Assembly (NCBI GenBank): GCA_020446625.1
Contig: JAGREI010000001.1
Coordinates: forward strand, 1 to 47,319
Length of the DNA stretch: 47,319 nucleotides
Source: Erythrobacter sp.
GTDB lineage: Bacteria > Pseudomonadota > Alphaproteobacteria > Sphingomonadales > Sphingomonadaceae
Direction of reading: 5' to 3'
This document shows positions 1 to 8,855 of the stretch, one piece after another (the first letter of the stretch is position 1; each line of letters begins with the position of its first letter). A program made the position numbers and the translations under genes. Below the pieces are notes generated by a model, which saw only the letters and a program-made list of their open reading frames with translations, had not been told where the DNA came from and made no database searches.

Positions 1-2
1 AT

Positions 3-1187
3 CACTTCCTGCGCACCAAGATCGCGCCGCTGGTGCTCGATCCGGCGCGGCTGCACGACGATACGTACCTGGCCGATAGCCTGGCCGATTATCGCGCGCT
101 TTATGCCGCCTACTACGAGCGCTGCAAGCGCGGCAATTCGCCCGCCATGCGCGATGCCAACCCGGTGGTGGTGCTGGTGCCTGGCCTGGGTCGGATGACG
201 TTTGCCACCGACAAGGCCACCGCCCGGATCGCGGGCGAGTTTTACCTCAATGCCATCAACGTGATGCGCGGCGCCGAGGCCATCGGCGATTACATCGCGC
301 TCGACGAGCAGGAAGCCTTCGACATCGAATACTGGCTGCTCGAGGAAGCCAAGCTGCAACGGATGCCCGCGCCCAGGCCGATGGTCGGCAAGGTCGCGCT
401 GGTCACCGGCGGGGCTGGCGGCATCGGTGCCGCCACCGCCGCACGGCTGCTGAAGGACGGCGCCTGCGTGATGCTGGCGGACCGCGATGGCGATGTGGTC
501 GAGACAGTCCGCGCCGGGTTCGCCAAGCAGTTCGGCAAGGACGTGGTGCGCGCCGTGACTTGCGACGTAACCGACGAAGCGCAAGTCGCCGCCGCCTTTG
601 CCGAATGCGCGCGCGAGTTCGGCGGGCTGGATATTCTGGTGGCCAACGCCGGGATCGCCTCCAGCGCCCCCATCGAACAGACCACGGTGGAACTGTGGGA
701 TCGCAATTTCGACGTGCTGGCGCAGGGCTATTTCCTCACCGCCAAGCACGCCTGGCCCTTGCTCAAGGTGATGAAGGAACAGGGTGGCACTTCGGTGGTG
801 TTCATCGGCTCGAAGAACGCCGTGGCTGCCGCTGCGGGAGCCTCCGCCTATGCCAGCGCCAAGGCGGCGGCGAACCACCTCGCGCGCTGCCTCGCCCTCG
901 AAGGCGCGCCCGAGGGCATCCGCGTCAACGTGGTCAACCCCGATGCGGTCATCAAGGGCAGCCGCATCTGGGACGGTGACTGGCGCAAGGAACGCGCGGC
1001 ATCGAACAAGATCGACGCCGGTGAAGAACTCGAAGCGCACTACCGCAACCGTTCCATGCTGAAGCGCGACGTGCTGCCCGAGGACATCGCCGAAGCGGCC
1101 TATTGGCTGGCCAGCGAAGCGAGCGCAAAGTCGACCGGGAACATGATCAACGTCGACGCGGGCAACGTCCAGGCGTTCACGCGCTAG
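3..1187 (+). CDS. rhaD: Bifunctional rhamnulose-1-phosphate aldolase / short-chain dehydrogenase (RhaD/RhaEW type), 5'-truncated by window edge
   Basis: Frame is open from base 3 (HFLRTKIAPL). Contains EQEAFDIEYWLLEEAKL, SDR motifs TGGAGGIG, NAG and YASAK, and a C-terminal STGNMINVDAG. Adjacent to a rhamnose isomerase. Confidence 0.88.
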   Translation, partial: HFLRTKIAPLVLDPARLHDDTYLADSLADYRALYAAYYERCKRGNSPAMRDANPVVVLVPGLGRMTFATDKATARIAGEFYLNAINVMRGAEAIGDYIALDEQEAFDIEYWLLEEAKLQRMPAPRPMVGKVALVTGGAGGIGAATAARLLKDGACVMLADRDGDVVETVRAGFAKQFGKDVVRAVTCDVTDEAQVAAAFAECAREFGGLDILVANAGIASSAPIEQTTVELWDRNFDVLAQGYFLTAKHAWPLLKVMKEQGGTSVVFIGSKNAVAAAAGASAYASAKAAANHLARCLALEGAPEGIRVNVVNPDAVIKGSRIWDGDWRKERAASNKIDAGEELEAHYRNRSMLKRDVLPEDIAEAAYWLASEASAKSTGNMINVDAGNVQAFTR

Positions 1188-1206
1188 TCGGATCGGGGAG
1201 AGGACC

Positions 1207-2499
1207 ATGCAAACCACACCGATTTCGACTGACCTGATCGCCGAAAGCAACGCCCGCAACATGGCCGCGCTGGAGGACGATTACGCCGCGCTAGGACGCA
1301 AGCTCGAACGGCGCGGGATTGCCATCGAGGCCGTGACCGACAAGGCCAAGGGCTGGGAAGTCGCCGTTCCCAGCTGGGGCGCGGGCCGGGGTGGCACACG
1401 CTTCGCCAAGTTCCCGCTGGCGGGCGAGCCGACCAATATCCACGAGAAGCTGGAGGATTGTGCGGTCATCCAGCAGTTGGGCCGCACCACGCCCGGCGTC
1501 AGCCCGCACTTCCCGTGGGATTGCGTGGAAGACTACGGCGCGCTGCGTGAAGAGGCCGCAAGCTACGGCCTGCACTTCGACGCGGTCAACTCGAACACCT
1601 TTCAGGATCAGCCGGGCCAGGCGCAGACCTATGCCACCGGATCGCTGTCCAGCACGCTGGAAGCCACGCGACAGCAGGCCGTGGAACACAACATCGACTG
1701 CATCGAAATCGGCAAGCAGCTCGGCTCCAGCCTCCTGACCGTGTGGGTGGGTGACGGCACCAACTTCCCCGGCCAGCAGGACCTTGGCCGCAGCTTCGAT
1801 CGCTATGTCGAGGCCGCCGCGCAGGTCTATGCCGCGTTGCCCGACGACTGGCAGATGATGCTCGAACACAAGATGTTCGAACCCGCCTTCTATTCCAGCG
1901 TGATCTCCGACTGGGGTTCCTCGCTGATGGCGGCGCAGGAACTCGGCGACAAGTGCAAGTGCCTGGTCGACCTTGGCCACCATGCGCCCAACGTCAACAT
2001 CGAGCAGATCGTCGCTCGCCTGCACCGCGCGGGCAAGCTCGGCGGGTTCCACTTCAACGACAGCAAGTACGGCGACGACGACCTCGATTCAGGCTCGATC
2101 AACCCGCACCAGCTGTTCCTGGTGTTCAACGAACTGGCGGAGGCCGAAGCCGATCCGCGGCACGGCTTCGATCCGGCCTACATGATCGACCAGTCGCACA
2201 ACGTCACCGATCCGATCGAATCCATGCTGTCGTCTGCCGAAGCCATCGCCGGATGCCATGTCCGCGCCCAGTTGGTTGACCGGGATGCCTTGCGCGCGGC
2301 GCAGCAGGATAACGACGTGATGCTCGCCTTCCGCACCCTGCGCGCGGCCTATGAAACCGACGTCGGCCCCATCCTGGCCATGGCGCGGCTGGAGCAGGGC
2401 GGGGCGATCGACTGGCTTTCCACCTATCGCGCCAGCAAGTACCGCGAACGCAAGGCGCAGGAACGCAAGGCCGTGGGGCTGGGCGCGGGCATCGTCTAG
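1207..2499 (+). CDS. rhaI: L-rhamnose isomerase (RhaI type)
   Basis: VPSWG..GGTRF, PHFPWD, VNSNTFQD, WVGDGTNFPG, EHKMFEP, VDLGHH, FHFNDSKYGDDDL, IDQSHN; GAGGA RBS. Confidence 0.92.
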   Translation: MQTTPISTDLIAESNARNMAALEDDYAALGRKLERRGIAIEAVTDKAKGWEVAVPSWGAGRGGTRFAKFPLAGEPTNIHEKLEDCAVIQQLGRTTPGVSPHFPWDCVEDYGALREEAASYGLHFDAVNSNTFQDQPGQAQTYATGSLSSTLEATRQQAVEHNIDCIEIGKQLGSSLLTVWVGDGTNFPGQQDLGRSFDRYVEAAAQVYAALPDDWQMMLEHKMFEPAFYSSVISDWGSSLMAAQELGDKCKCLVDLGHHAPNVNIEQIVARLHRAGKLGGFHFNDSKYGDDDLDSGSINPHQLFLVFNELAEAEADPRHGFDPAYMIDQSHNVTDPIESMLSSAEAIAGCHVRAQLVDRDALRAAQQDNDVMLAFRTLRAAYETDVGPILAMARLEQGGAIDWLSTYRASKYRERKAQERKAVGLGAGIV

Positions 2500-4115
2500 A
2501 GCCTGTCCTCCAGGATCAGCTCGGCCGCGCGTTCGGCCACCGCCATTGCCGGGCCGTTGGTATTGCCCGAGATCGGCGTCGGCATGATCGAACAGTCGAC
2601 CACCCGCAGCGCGCCCACGCCATGCACGCGGCAACGCGCATCGGTGACCGAGGTCGCCGGATCGCTGCCCATGGCGCAGGTGCCCACACCGTGCAGGCCG
2701 CCTTCCACCATCTTCGCCAGTTCGGCGGCGATGGCCTGGTCGTCCTGCACCGCGTCACCGGGCATCCGTTCCTTGCCGATGAACATTTCGAGCGGGTCCG
2801 AACGGGCGATCCGGCGGAACAGCTTGAACAGCTCGATGGCCTTGGCCTGGTCGTAGGGATCGGCCCAGATCGCCGCGTCGATGGTGGGCGGCGTGCGGAA
2901 ATCGGGCGAGGTCAGCGTTACCGAGCCGCGGCTGCGCGGGCGCAGGTGATAGCCGGAGAAAGTGAGGCCGGGATTGGGCGTGAGCGGGCTGCCGGGCCGC
3001 GCCGCCATCTCGTTCACCGTGCGCATGGCGAAGGGCGCGGCGGCGACCTGGAAATCGGGCCATGCCGGGTCCACACCTTCGCTGGCGATCAGGCCCGTCA
3101 GCGGCATCCCCACGCGGGCCAGGTGGCCCGTGCCGGTGAGGAAGTATTGCAGCGCATTGCGATAGAGCCGCCAGCCGAAGAATTCGCGGTTGGTGCCGGG
3201 GTGGTTGGTGAGGTCGAACGAGACGCCGAACTTCTGGTGATCGGCCAGGTTCTGGCCCACCGCGCCTGCTTCGTGCAGCACCGGAATGCCTAGCTCCTGC
3301 AAGGCCGCGCCGGGGCCGATTCCCGACAGCTGCAACAGCTGCGGCGTGCCGTAGACGCCCGCGCTCAGGATCACTTCGCGCGCGGCGCTGTAGGTCAGTT
3401 CCTCGCCGTTCGCTTCGCACAGCACGCCGGTGGCGCGGCCATCCGCGAACAGCACCCGCTTCACCGCGGTATGCATGGCGATGGTGAGGTTGGGACGGCC
3501 ACGGATCGGCTTGACGAATGCCTTGTAGGCGCTCTCGCGCTCACCCTTGCGGTCGACGGTGTACTGGCTGCGCCCAACGCCGTGCGCGTTGGGGGTGGTA
3601 ATGTCGTCGAGCCAGGGCATTCCCTGCGTGCCGAAGCCCGCCACCAGCGCATCGAGCACCGGGGACTGGTAGGTGGAATTGGTGACTTGCAGTTCGCCGC
3701 CCTTGCCGCGCCCCGGATGGGCGCCGGGTTCGCGGTAATCCTCGAACTTCTGGTAACAGCGGGCGATCTCGTCCCAGCCCCATCCGGGCAGGCCCAGGTC
3801 GGCCCAGCTGTCGAAGTCCTGCGGCATCCCGGTCAGATACCAGGTGCCGTTGATGGCCGAGGAACCGCCAAGCCCGCGCCCATAGGTGTGGATGCCGGGG
3901 CGCATCCCCTCGCGCGGCTTCAGCGGGAAGACGCGGAAATATTCGGGATTGCCCATGATCTTCACGAAGCCGCCCGCCATGCGGATGAAGGGATGCTGGT
4001 TGTCGCCCCCGTCCTCGATCAGCAGCACGCGCGTGGCCGGATCGGCGCTCAACCGGTTGGCAAGCACGCAGCCAGCCGAGCCTGCGCCCACGATCACGTA
4101 ATCAAAGGTAGCCAT
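2496..4115 (-). CDS. GMC family FAD oxidoreductase (choline/alcohol dehydrogenase-like), cytoplasmic
   Basis: FDYVIVGAGSAGCVLANRLS, GRGLGGSSAING, VGQNLADH, HGVGTCAMG, SGNTNGP. No signal peptide. Start chosen at MATFDY (4115). Confidence 0.9.
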   Translation of the reverse strand: MATFDYVIVGAGSAGCVLANRLSADPATRVLLIEDGGDNQHPFIRMAGGFVKIMGNPEYFRVFPLKPREGMRPGIHTYGRGLGGSSAINGTWYLTGMPQDFDSWADLGLPGWGWDEIARCYQKFEDYREPGAHPGRGKGGELQVTNSTYQSPVLDALVAGFGTQGMPWLDDITTPNAHGVGRSQYTVDRKGERESAYKAFVKPIRGRPNLTIAMHTAVKRVLFADGRATGVLCEANGEELTYSAAREVILSAGVYGTPQLLQLSGIGPGAALQELGIPVLHEAGAVGQNLADHQKFGVSFDLTNHPGTNREFFGWRLYRNALQYFLTGTGHLARVGMPLTGLIASEGVDPAWPDFQVAAAPFAMRTVNEMAARPGSPLTPNPGLTFSGYHLRPRSRGSVTLTSPDFRTPPTIDAAIWADPYDQAKAIELFKLFRRIARSDPLEMFIGKERMPGDAVQDDQAIAAELAKMVEGGLHGVGTCAMGSDPATSVTDARCRVHGVGALRVVDCSIMPTPISGNTNGPAMAVAERAAELILEDRL

Positions 4116-4179
4116 TTCTGCCCCGCCCATTCGTATTTTCAACCACGCCCTTAGCCCGCTTGACGCCGCGCGTAAAGAA

Positions 4180-4201
4180 AATTAGAAGACAAATTCTAAT
4201 T
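4180..4201. promoter_or_regulatory. Palindromic operator, copy 1 (AATTAGAA-N6-TTCTAATT), overlapping a sigma70-type promoter
   Basis: Perfect inverted repeat in an AT-rich divergent intergenic region. TTGACG at 4160-4165 lies 17 nt before TAGAAG. Confidence 0.75.
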
Positions 4202-4242
4202 AATGCGCCGCGCAGATCATGCCGGGCGTAGATGGAGGGGTT

Positions 4243-4626
4243 ATGTTGCCAGTTGAACGGGTTATCGGTGAAGAGGGGCTGCGCGCGGTCGATGGTGACC
4301 TGGTGCTGGCCTGCCGCCTGCCGTGGTACCGCTCGTTGCCGTTCTCGACCGTGGAATTTGCCAGCCTGGCGATCGACGGGCAGCCGGTCGACCTGGCCCA
4401 GGCGCAGGTGGAATTCGACGGCAACCGCTGGCCGATGGGCGACAACGGAGAGAAGGTCGATACCTTCTGGTTCGTGCGCGACAGTGCCTTCCTGATCCTG
4501 CCCGGCGTCGCGCTGGCCCCCGGCAGCGAGCACGAGGTGGCGCTGACGATCAACGTCAATCCGCCCTACATCCCCGGCATGAAGCGAATGAACCCGCAGG
4601 TGGAAAGCCTGCGCGTCGAAGGTTGA
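4243..4626 (+). CDS. C-glycoside deglycosidase beta subunit (DUF6379 family), copy 1
   Basis: CRLPWYRSLPFSTVE..LAIDG signature, 127 aa, GGAGG RBS at 4234, directly upstream of the TIM-barrel alpha subunit. Confidence 0.8.
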   Translation: MLPVERVIGEEGLRAVDGDLVLACRLPWYRSLPFSTVEFASLAIDGQPVDLAQAQVEFDGNRWPMGDNGEKVDTFWFVRDSAFLILPGVALAPGSEHEVALTINVNPPYIPGMKRMNPQVESLRVEG

Positions 4627-4640
4627 GAGAGGACACGACC

Positions 4641-5636
4641 ATGAACACCGCCACCGGCCCGCAGACCGGCGTCACCCTCTATTCCTTCACCAACGAATGG
4701 CTCACCCGCCAGTTCGATCTCGACAGCCTGCTGCGCGAAGTCGCCCGGCGCGGGCTGGGGCCGAACATCGAGGTGATCGGCTTCCAGTCGTTCCGCGAAT
4801 TTCCCGACGTGTCGGACGAATTCGCCGCGCAGTTCCGCGATCTGGTGGCCGAGCTGGGCCTCAATCCCGTGTCCTGCGCAATCAATTCGGACCGTTTCCT
4901 CAAGCCCGGCCAGCAGCCGATCGACGATGCCGCGCTGGTGGAATACCACAAGCGCCAGCTGCGTTCGGCCAAGAAGATGGGCTTTTCGCTGGTGCGCTAC
5001 CAGTTCGCGCTGCCGGTGGAGCTGCTGCCGCAGATCGCGCCCTATGCCGAGGAGCTGGACGTGAAGATGGGCGTGGAAGTCCACGCGCCGATGTGGGCGG
5101 GACACCCGGCGGTGCAGGCCTATGGCGAGATGTACGACAAGCTCGATACGCCCTACCTTGGCTGGATTCCCGATTTCGGCGGCACCGCCAGCCGCATCCC
5201 CGAATCCATGCTGCACGCCGCGCGCAAGGCGGGGGCGGCGGAAAGCCTGCTCGACAAGCTGAAAGAGGTCTGGCTGGAAGACGGGATGAGCCACGAGAAG
5301 GCCGGTCGCCTGCGCGAATGGGCGCTGGCCAACGGCCATGCCCCGCTGCACATCCAGGCCGCCAGCCTGGCCTTCTTCATCCTGGCCAACCACGATCCCA
5401 GGAGCTGGGCCTCGATGGTCGACCGCACCGTCCACATCCACGGCAAGTTCTACGGCGTGGGCGAGGACCTGGTGGAAGAGGCGATCGACTACGACACCAT
5501 CCTGCCGCTGTTCAAGCAGGGGGGCTTCACCGGCACCATGGTGAGCGAGTGGGAAGGCCACGCCTACGACACCCGCGACGCCTTCGTGCAGGTGGAACGC
5601 CACCAGGCCATGGCACGCCGCATCTGGGGTGACTGA
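4641..5636 (+). CDS. C-glycoside deglycosidase alpha subunit (metal-dependent TIM barrel), copy 1
   Basis: GVTLYSFTNEW N-terminus; metal/catalytic motifs EVHAP, IPDFG, HIHGKF, SEWEGH; paired with a DUF6379 gene. Confidence 0.82.
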   Translation: MNTATGPQTGVTLYSFTNEWLTRQFDLDSLLREVARRGLGPNIEVIGFQSFREFPDVSDEFAAQFRDLVAELGLNPVSCAINSDRFLKPGQQPIDDAALVEYHKRQLRSAKKMGFSLVRYQFALPVELLPQIAPYAEELDVKMGVEVHAPMWAGHPAVQAYGEMYDKLDTPYLGWIPDFGGTASRIPESMLHAARKAGAAESLLDKLKEVWLEDGMSHEKAGRLREWALANGHAPLHIQAASLAFFILANHDPRSWASMVDRTVHIHGKFYGVGEDLVEEAIDYDTILPLFKQGGFTGTMVSEWEGHAYDTRDAFVQVERHQAMARRIWGD

Positions 5637-5659
5637 GGCAGGCTCGCACCTGCGGTGAT

Positions 5660-5699
5660 ATCGCCCGGATCGATGGGCTTCCATCAGATCAAAGCAGTT
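5660..5699 (+). promoter_or_regulatory. nod-box-like LysR site, copy 1
   Basis: ATC-N9-GAT-N8-ATCAGATCAAAGCAGTT; aligns without gaps to the sites at 9892, 16651 and 18479. Confidence 0.6.
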
Positions 5700-5788
5700 T
5701 CGCCCTTCTCCGGAATATCCTAGGCCGGAAGCCAATGCGGACGGCCCGGCGCCATGCAGCCTGGGCCGCTGACGGGAGAATGGGGTCG

Positions 5789-6697
5789 ATGAAGCTGGTT
5801 TCGCGCAAGGGTTGCGGCGTGCTGCTGCTGGTGCTGCTGGCGATCCCGCTGGGGTTCGTGGCGGCCAACTGGGACGTGATCCAGCGCGTGTTCCTGGGCG
5901 GGGTGAAAGTCTACGAGACAGAGGCCCCGGCCATCCCCGCAGACTTGCCGCACCCGGCGGTCCTGGTCTTTTCCAAGACTAACGCCTTCCGCCACGAGGA
6001 AGCGATCCCTGCCGCCAACGCCCTGTTCGCGGACTTCGCGCGCGACAACGGCTGGGGCTATTTCCAGACCGAGAACGGCGCGACATTCTCGCCCGAGATC
6101 CTCTCTCGCTTTGATGCCGTGGTGTTCAACAACGTCAGCGGTGACGTGTTCACACCCGAACAGCGCGCTGCCTTCCAGGCGTTTCTGGAAAACGGCGGCG
6201 GTTACGTGGGCATCCATGCCGCCGGCGACAATTCGCACGCGGGCTGGCCGTGGTACGTGTCCGACATCATCGGCACCAGTTTCATCGGCCACCCGATGAG
6301 CCCGCAGTTCCAGCAGGCACAGGTGACGATCGAGGATCACGCCAATCCGGCAACCGCCACGCTGGGCGACACCTGGCTGCACACTGACGAGTGGTATTCG
6401 TTCGACGCTTCCCCGCGTCCGATCCCCGGCCTGCACGTTCTCGCGACAATCGACGAGCAGAGCTACAGCCCGGATGGCATGTTCGGGCAGGACCTGCGCA
6501 TGGGGGCGGATCATCCGGTGGTCTGGTGGCGCTGCGTGGTCCAGGGCCGCGCGCTCTATTCGGCCATTGGCCATACCGCCGAATCCTATGCCGAACCAGA
6601 ATATCGCGCGCTGCTGCTGGGGGCCACGCGCTGGGCAATGGGGCTGGAAGGCGAGGGCTGCGGCACGCCCGCGCCGGTGACGGGAGAGCAGGAATGA
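5789..6697 (+). CDS. ThuA-like domain protein with N-terminal membrane anchor/signal
   Basis: VLVFSKTNAFRHEEAI, GGGYVGIHAAGD, DEWYSF, DHPVVWWR, LYSAIGH; hydrophobic N-terminus. Alternative start at 5780. Confidence 0.85.
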   Translation: MKLVSRKGCGVLLLVLLAIPLGFVAANWDVIQRVFLGGVKVYETEAPAIPADLPHPAVLVFSKTNAFRHEEAIPAANALFADFARDNGWGYFQTENGATFSPEILSRFDAVVFNNVSGDVFTPEQRAAFQAFLENGGGYVGIHAAGDNSHAGWPWYVSDIIGTSFIGHPMSPQFQQAQVTIEDHANPATATLGDTWLHTDEWYSFDASPRPIPGLHVLATIDEQSYSPDGMFGQDLRMGADHPVVWWRCVVQGRALYSAIGHTAESYAEPEYRALLLGATRWAMGLEGEGCGTPAPVTGEQE

Positions 6698-7995
6698 TGG
6701 GCAATGGATCAAAGGCGCCGGGCAACATCCGCGCCATCTTCTGGATCTGCGTGCTGGCGCTGTTTACCGCGGCGATTGCCAATGCCGTGCGCGGTGGCGC
6801 ATCGGAAGCGATGAAGGCAGAGCTGTTCGATCCCTTCGTCGCGACACGCTCGGGCGAGTTCATCGGCACCGCGCTGGGCAATGCCTTCCTGGGGTTTGCC
6901 ATCAGCCTGCTGGTGATCAGCCCGCTGCTCGACCGGATCGGAGCAAGGCGGATCGTGCTGTTTGCCGCCGCCTGTTTCGTGCTGGGTCCGATCCTGATCC
7001 TGCTTGCCCCGCAGGCGGGTGGGTTCGACACGGTCAACTTGGTGCTCAACCTGGGGATGATCGTCACCGGGCTGGGCTGGGGCGCCACCGAAGGGTCGAT
7101 CAACGCCATCACCACCACGCTGTACCCGGAGGACAAGACCGGCAGGCTCAACGTGCTGCACGCCTGGTGGCCCGCCGGGATCATCGTGGGCGGCTTGCTG
7201 TGCGTGTTCCTGTTCGGCGCGGGGCTGGACTGGCGCGTTCCAGTGGCGCTGATCATGCTGCCGGGCGTGGTGCTGGCGGTGTGGGCCATGCGGCACCAGT
7301 TTCCGCAGACCGAAAGCACCGTGGCCGGGATCAGCTTTGGCGAGATGATGCGCGAGCCGTTCCGCCACCTGGGCTTCTGGATCTTCCCCGCGATCATGTT
7401 CCTGACCGCGTCCGCCGAACTGGCTCCCGGCGCCTGGGTGCAGGTCGCCTTGACCGAGACGGTGGGGATGCAGGGCATCCTGCTGCTGGTCTATGTCTCG
7501 GCCATCATGTTCATCATGCGCCACTTTGCCGGGCCGCTGGCGCACCGCTTTTCCGACATGGGGCTGCTGTGGCTCAGCACCGTGCCGGCCGCGCTGGGGC
7601 TGTACCTGCTGTCGACCGCGTCATCGCCCGTTACCGCGCTGCTGGCGGCCACGCTGTGGGCCTTTGGCGTGTGCTTCATGTGGCCCACCATGCTGGCCAG
7701 CGTTGCCCGCCGCTATCCCAGAAGCGGATCGTGGGGGATCGGGCTGGTCAACTTCTCGGGCGCGCTGGCGATCTACCTGGTGCTGCCCGAACTGGGCAAG
7801 ATCTACGACGTGGCCAAGCTGGAACAGGCGGGCGGCGAAGCGGCCTTTGCCGCGCTGGAACCCGGCAGCGAAGCGATGCACGCCGCGCTGGCCCATGCCG
7901 CCGAGGTTTCGTTCAAGACCATCTCGGTAATCCCGGTGGTGCTGTTCTTCATTTTCGGGGCGGTCTGGCTGATCGAGCGCAAGCGCAAGGGCTGA
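6694..7995 (+). CDS. MFS transporter (sugar/glycoside permease-like)
   Basis: About 12 hydrophobic segments, LLDRIGARR motif A, LNVLHAWWPAG; ATGA overlap with the upstream stop. Confidence 0.87.
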   Translation: MMGNGSKAPGNIRAIFWICVLALFTAAIANAVRGGASEAMKAELFDPFVATRSGEFIGTALGNAFLGFAISLLVISPLLDRIGARRIVLFAAACFVLGPILILLAPQAGGFDTVNLVLNLGMIVTGLGWGATEGSINAITTTLYPEDKTGRLNVLHAWWPAGIIVGGLLCVFLFGAGLDWRVPVALIMLPGVVLAVWAMRHQFPQTESTVAGISFGEMMREPFRHLGFWIFPAIMFLTASAELAPGAWVQVALTETVGMQGILLLVYVSAIMFIMRHFAGPLAHRFSDMGLLWLSTVPAALGLYLLSTASSPVTALLAATLWAFGVCFMWPTMLASVARRYPRSGSWGIGLVNFSGALAIYLVLPELGKIYDVAKLEQAGGEAAFAALEPGSEAMHAALAHAAEVSFKTISVIPVVLFFIFGAVWLIERKRKG

Positions 7996-7999
7996 CGCC

Positions 8000-8854
8000 A
8001 TGCCCATCGGCATCAACCTGCTGCTGTGGACGGGGCATGTAACGCGCGAATTGCGCCCGGTGCTGGAGGAGATTGCCGCAACCGGGTTCGACGGGGTCGA
8101 GGTGCCGGTGTTCGATGCCACCGATCCGGGCCACTACCGCGACCTTGCTTCCCTGCTCGACGACCTGGGGCTGCGCCGTACGGTTTCCACCGCCTTCTCC
8201 GACCCCCGGCTGAACCCGGTTTCTCCCGTGCCGGGCGAACGGCAGGCGGCTTTCGACCAGGCGCGGCAGGTGGCGGATTGCGCTGCCGCACTGGGCGGCG
8301 AACTGGTCGTGGGGCCGCTGTTCCAGCCGCTGGGCCATTTTACCGGCACGGGGCCGAGCGAGGCGGAGCTGGACTGCTGCGCTGCCTTCCTGTCGGCATA
8401 TGCCGGGGAGATGCGTGATCGCCAGTTGACCTGCGCGGTCGAGCCGCTCAACCGGTTCGAGGCGCATGTCCTCAACACCGGTGCGCAAGCCGTGGCCATG
8501 ATGGAACGGGTGGCCGATCCCGCCGTGGGCGTGCTGTTCGACACCTTCCACGCGCATATCGAGGAAAAGGATCCGCTGGCCGCGCTGGGCCAGCTGCTCG
8601 ATGCAGGCGTGCTGGCGCATGTCCACGTCTCCGAAAACGATCGCGGCACGCCGGGCAGCGGCCAGGCGCGCATTGCCGAGGCGATCGGGCTGGTCCGCGC
8701 GCGGGATTACCGTGGCTGGCTGACGATCGAGGCATTCGGCCAGGCCGTGCCGGAACTGGCCGCCGCCACGCGCGTGTGGCGGCCGTTCTTCGTAGACCCG
8801 GCGGAAGTGGTCAGCCAGGGTTATCGCTACATTCGCGAATGCATCGCTGGCTGA
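8000..8854 (+). CDS. Sugar phosphate isomerase/epimerase, D-psicose/D-tagatose 3-epimerase family
   Basis: EPLNRFE, FDTFHAHIEE, HVHVSENDRGTPG, IEAF metal ligands. Confidence 0.85.
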   Translation: MPIGINLLLWTGHVTRELRPVLEEIAATGFDGVEVPVFDATDPGHYRDLASLLDDLGLRRTVSTAFSDPRLNPVSPVPGERQAAFDQARQVADCAAALGGELVVGPLFQPLGHFTGTGPSEAELDCCAAFLSAYAGEMRDRQLTCAVEPLNRFEAHVLNTGAQAVAMMERVADPAVGVLFDTFHAHIEEKDPLAALGQLLDAGVLAHVHVSENDRGTPGSGQARIAEAIGLVRARDYRGWLTIEAFGQAVPELAAATRVWRPFFVDPAEVVSQGYRYIRECIAG

Positions 8855-8855
8855 A

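Noticed and set aside
4323-4640. N-terminal extensions in the ORF track (also from 6391, 9700, 12158, 22911, 27271, 30817, 40164)
   Set aside because: They overlap neighbouring genes. Starts supported by an RBS or by translational coupling lie downstream, so these are not fusions.
5638-5653. GCAGG/CCTGC hairpin after deglycosidase 1
   Set aside because: Only a 5-bp stem with no U-tract; too weak to call a terminator.
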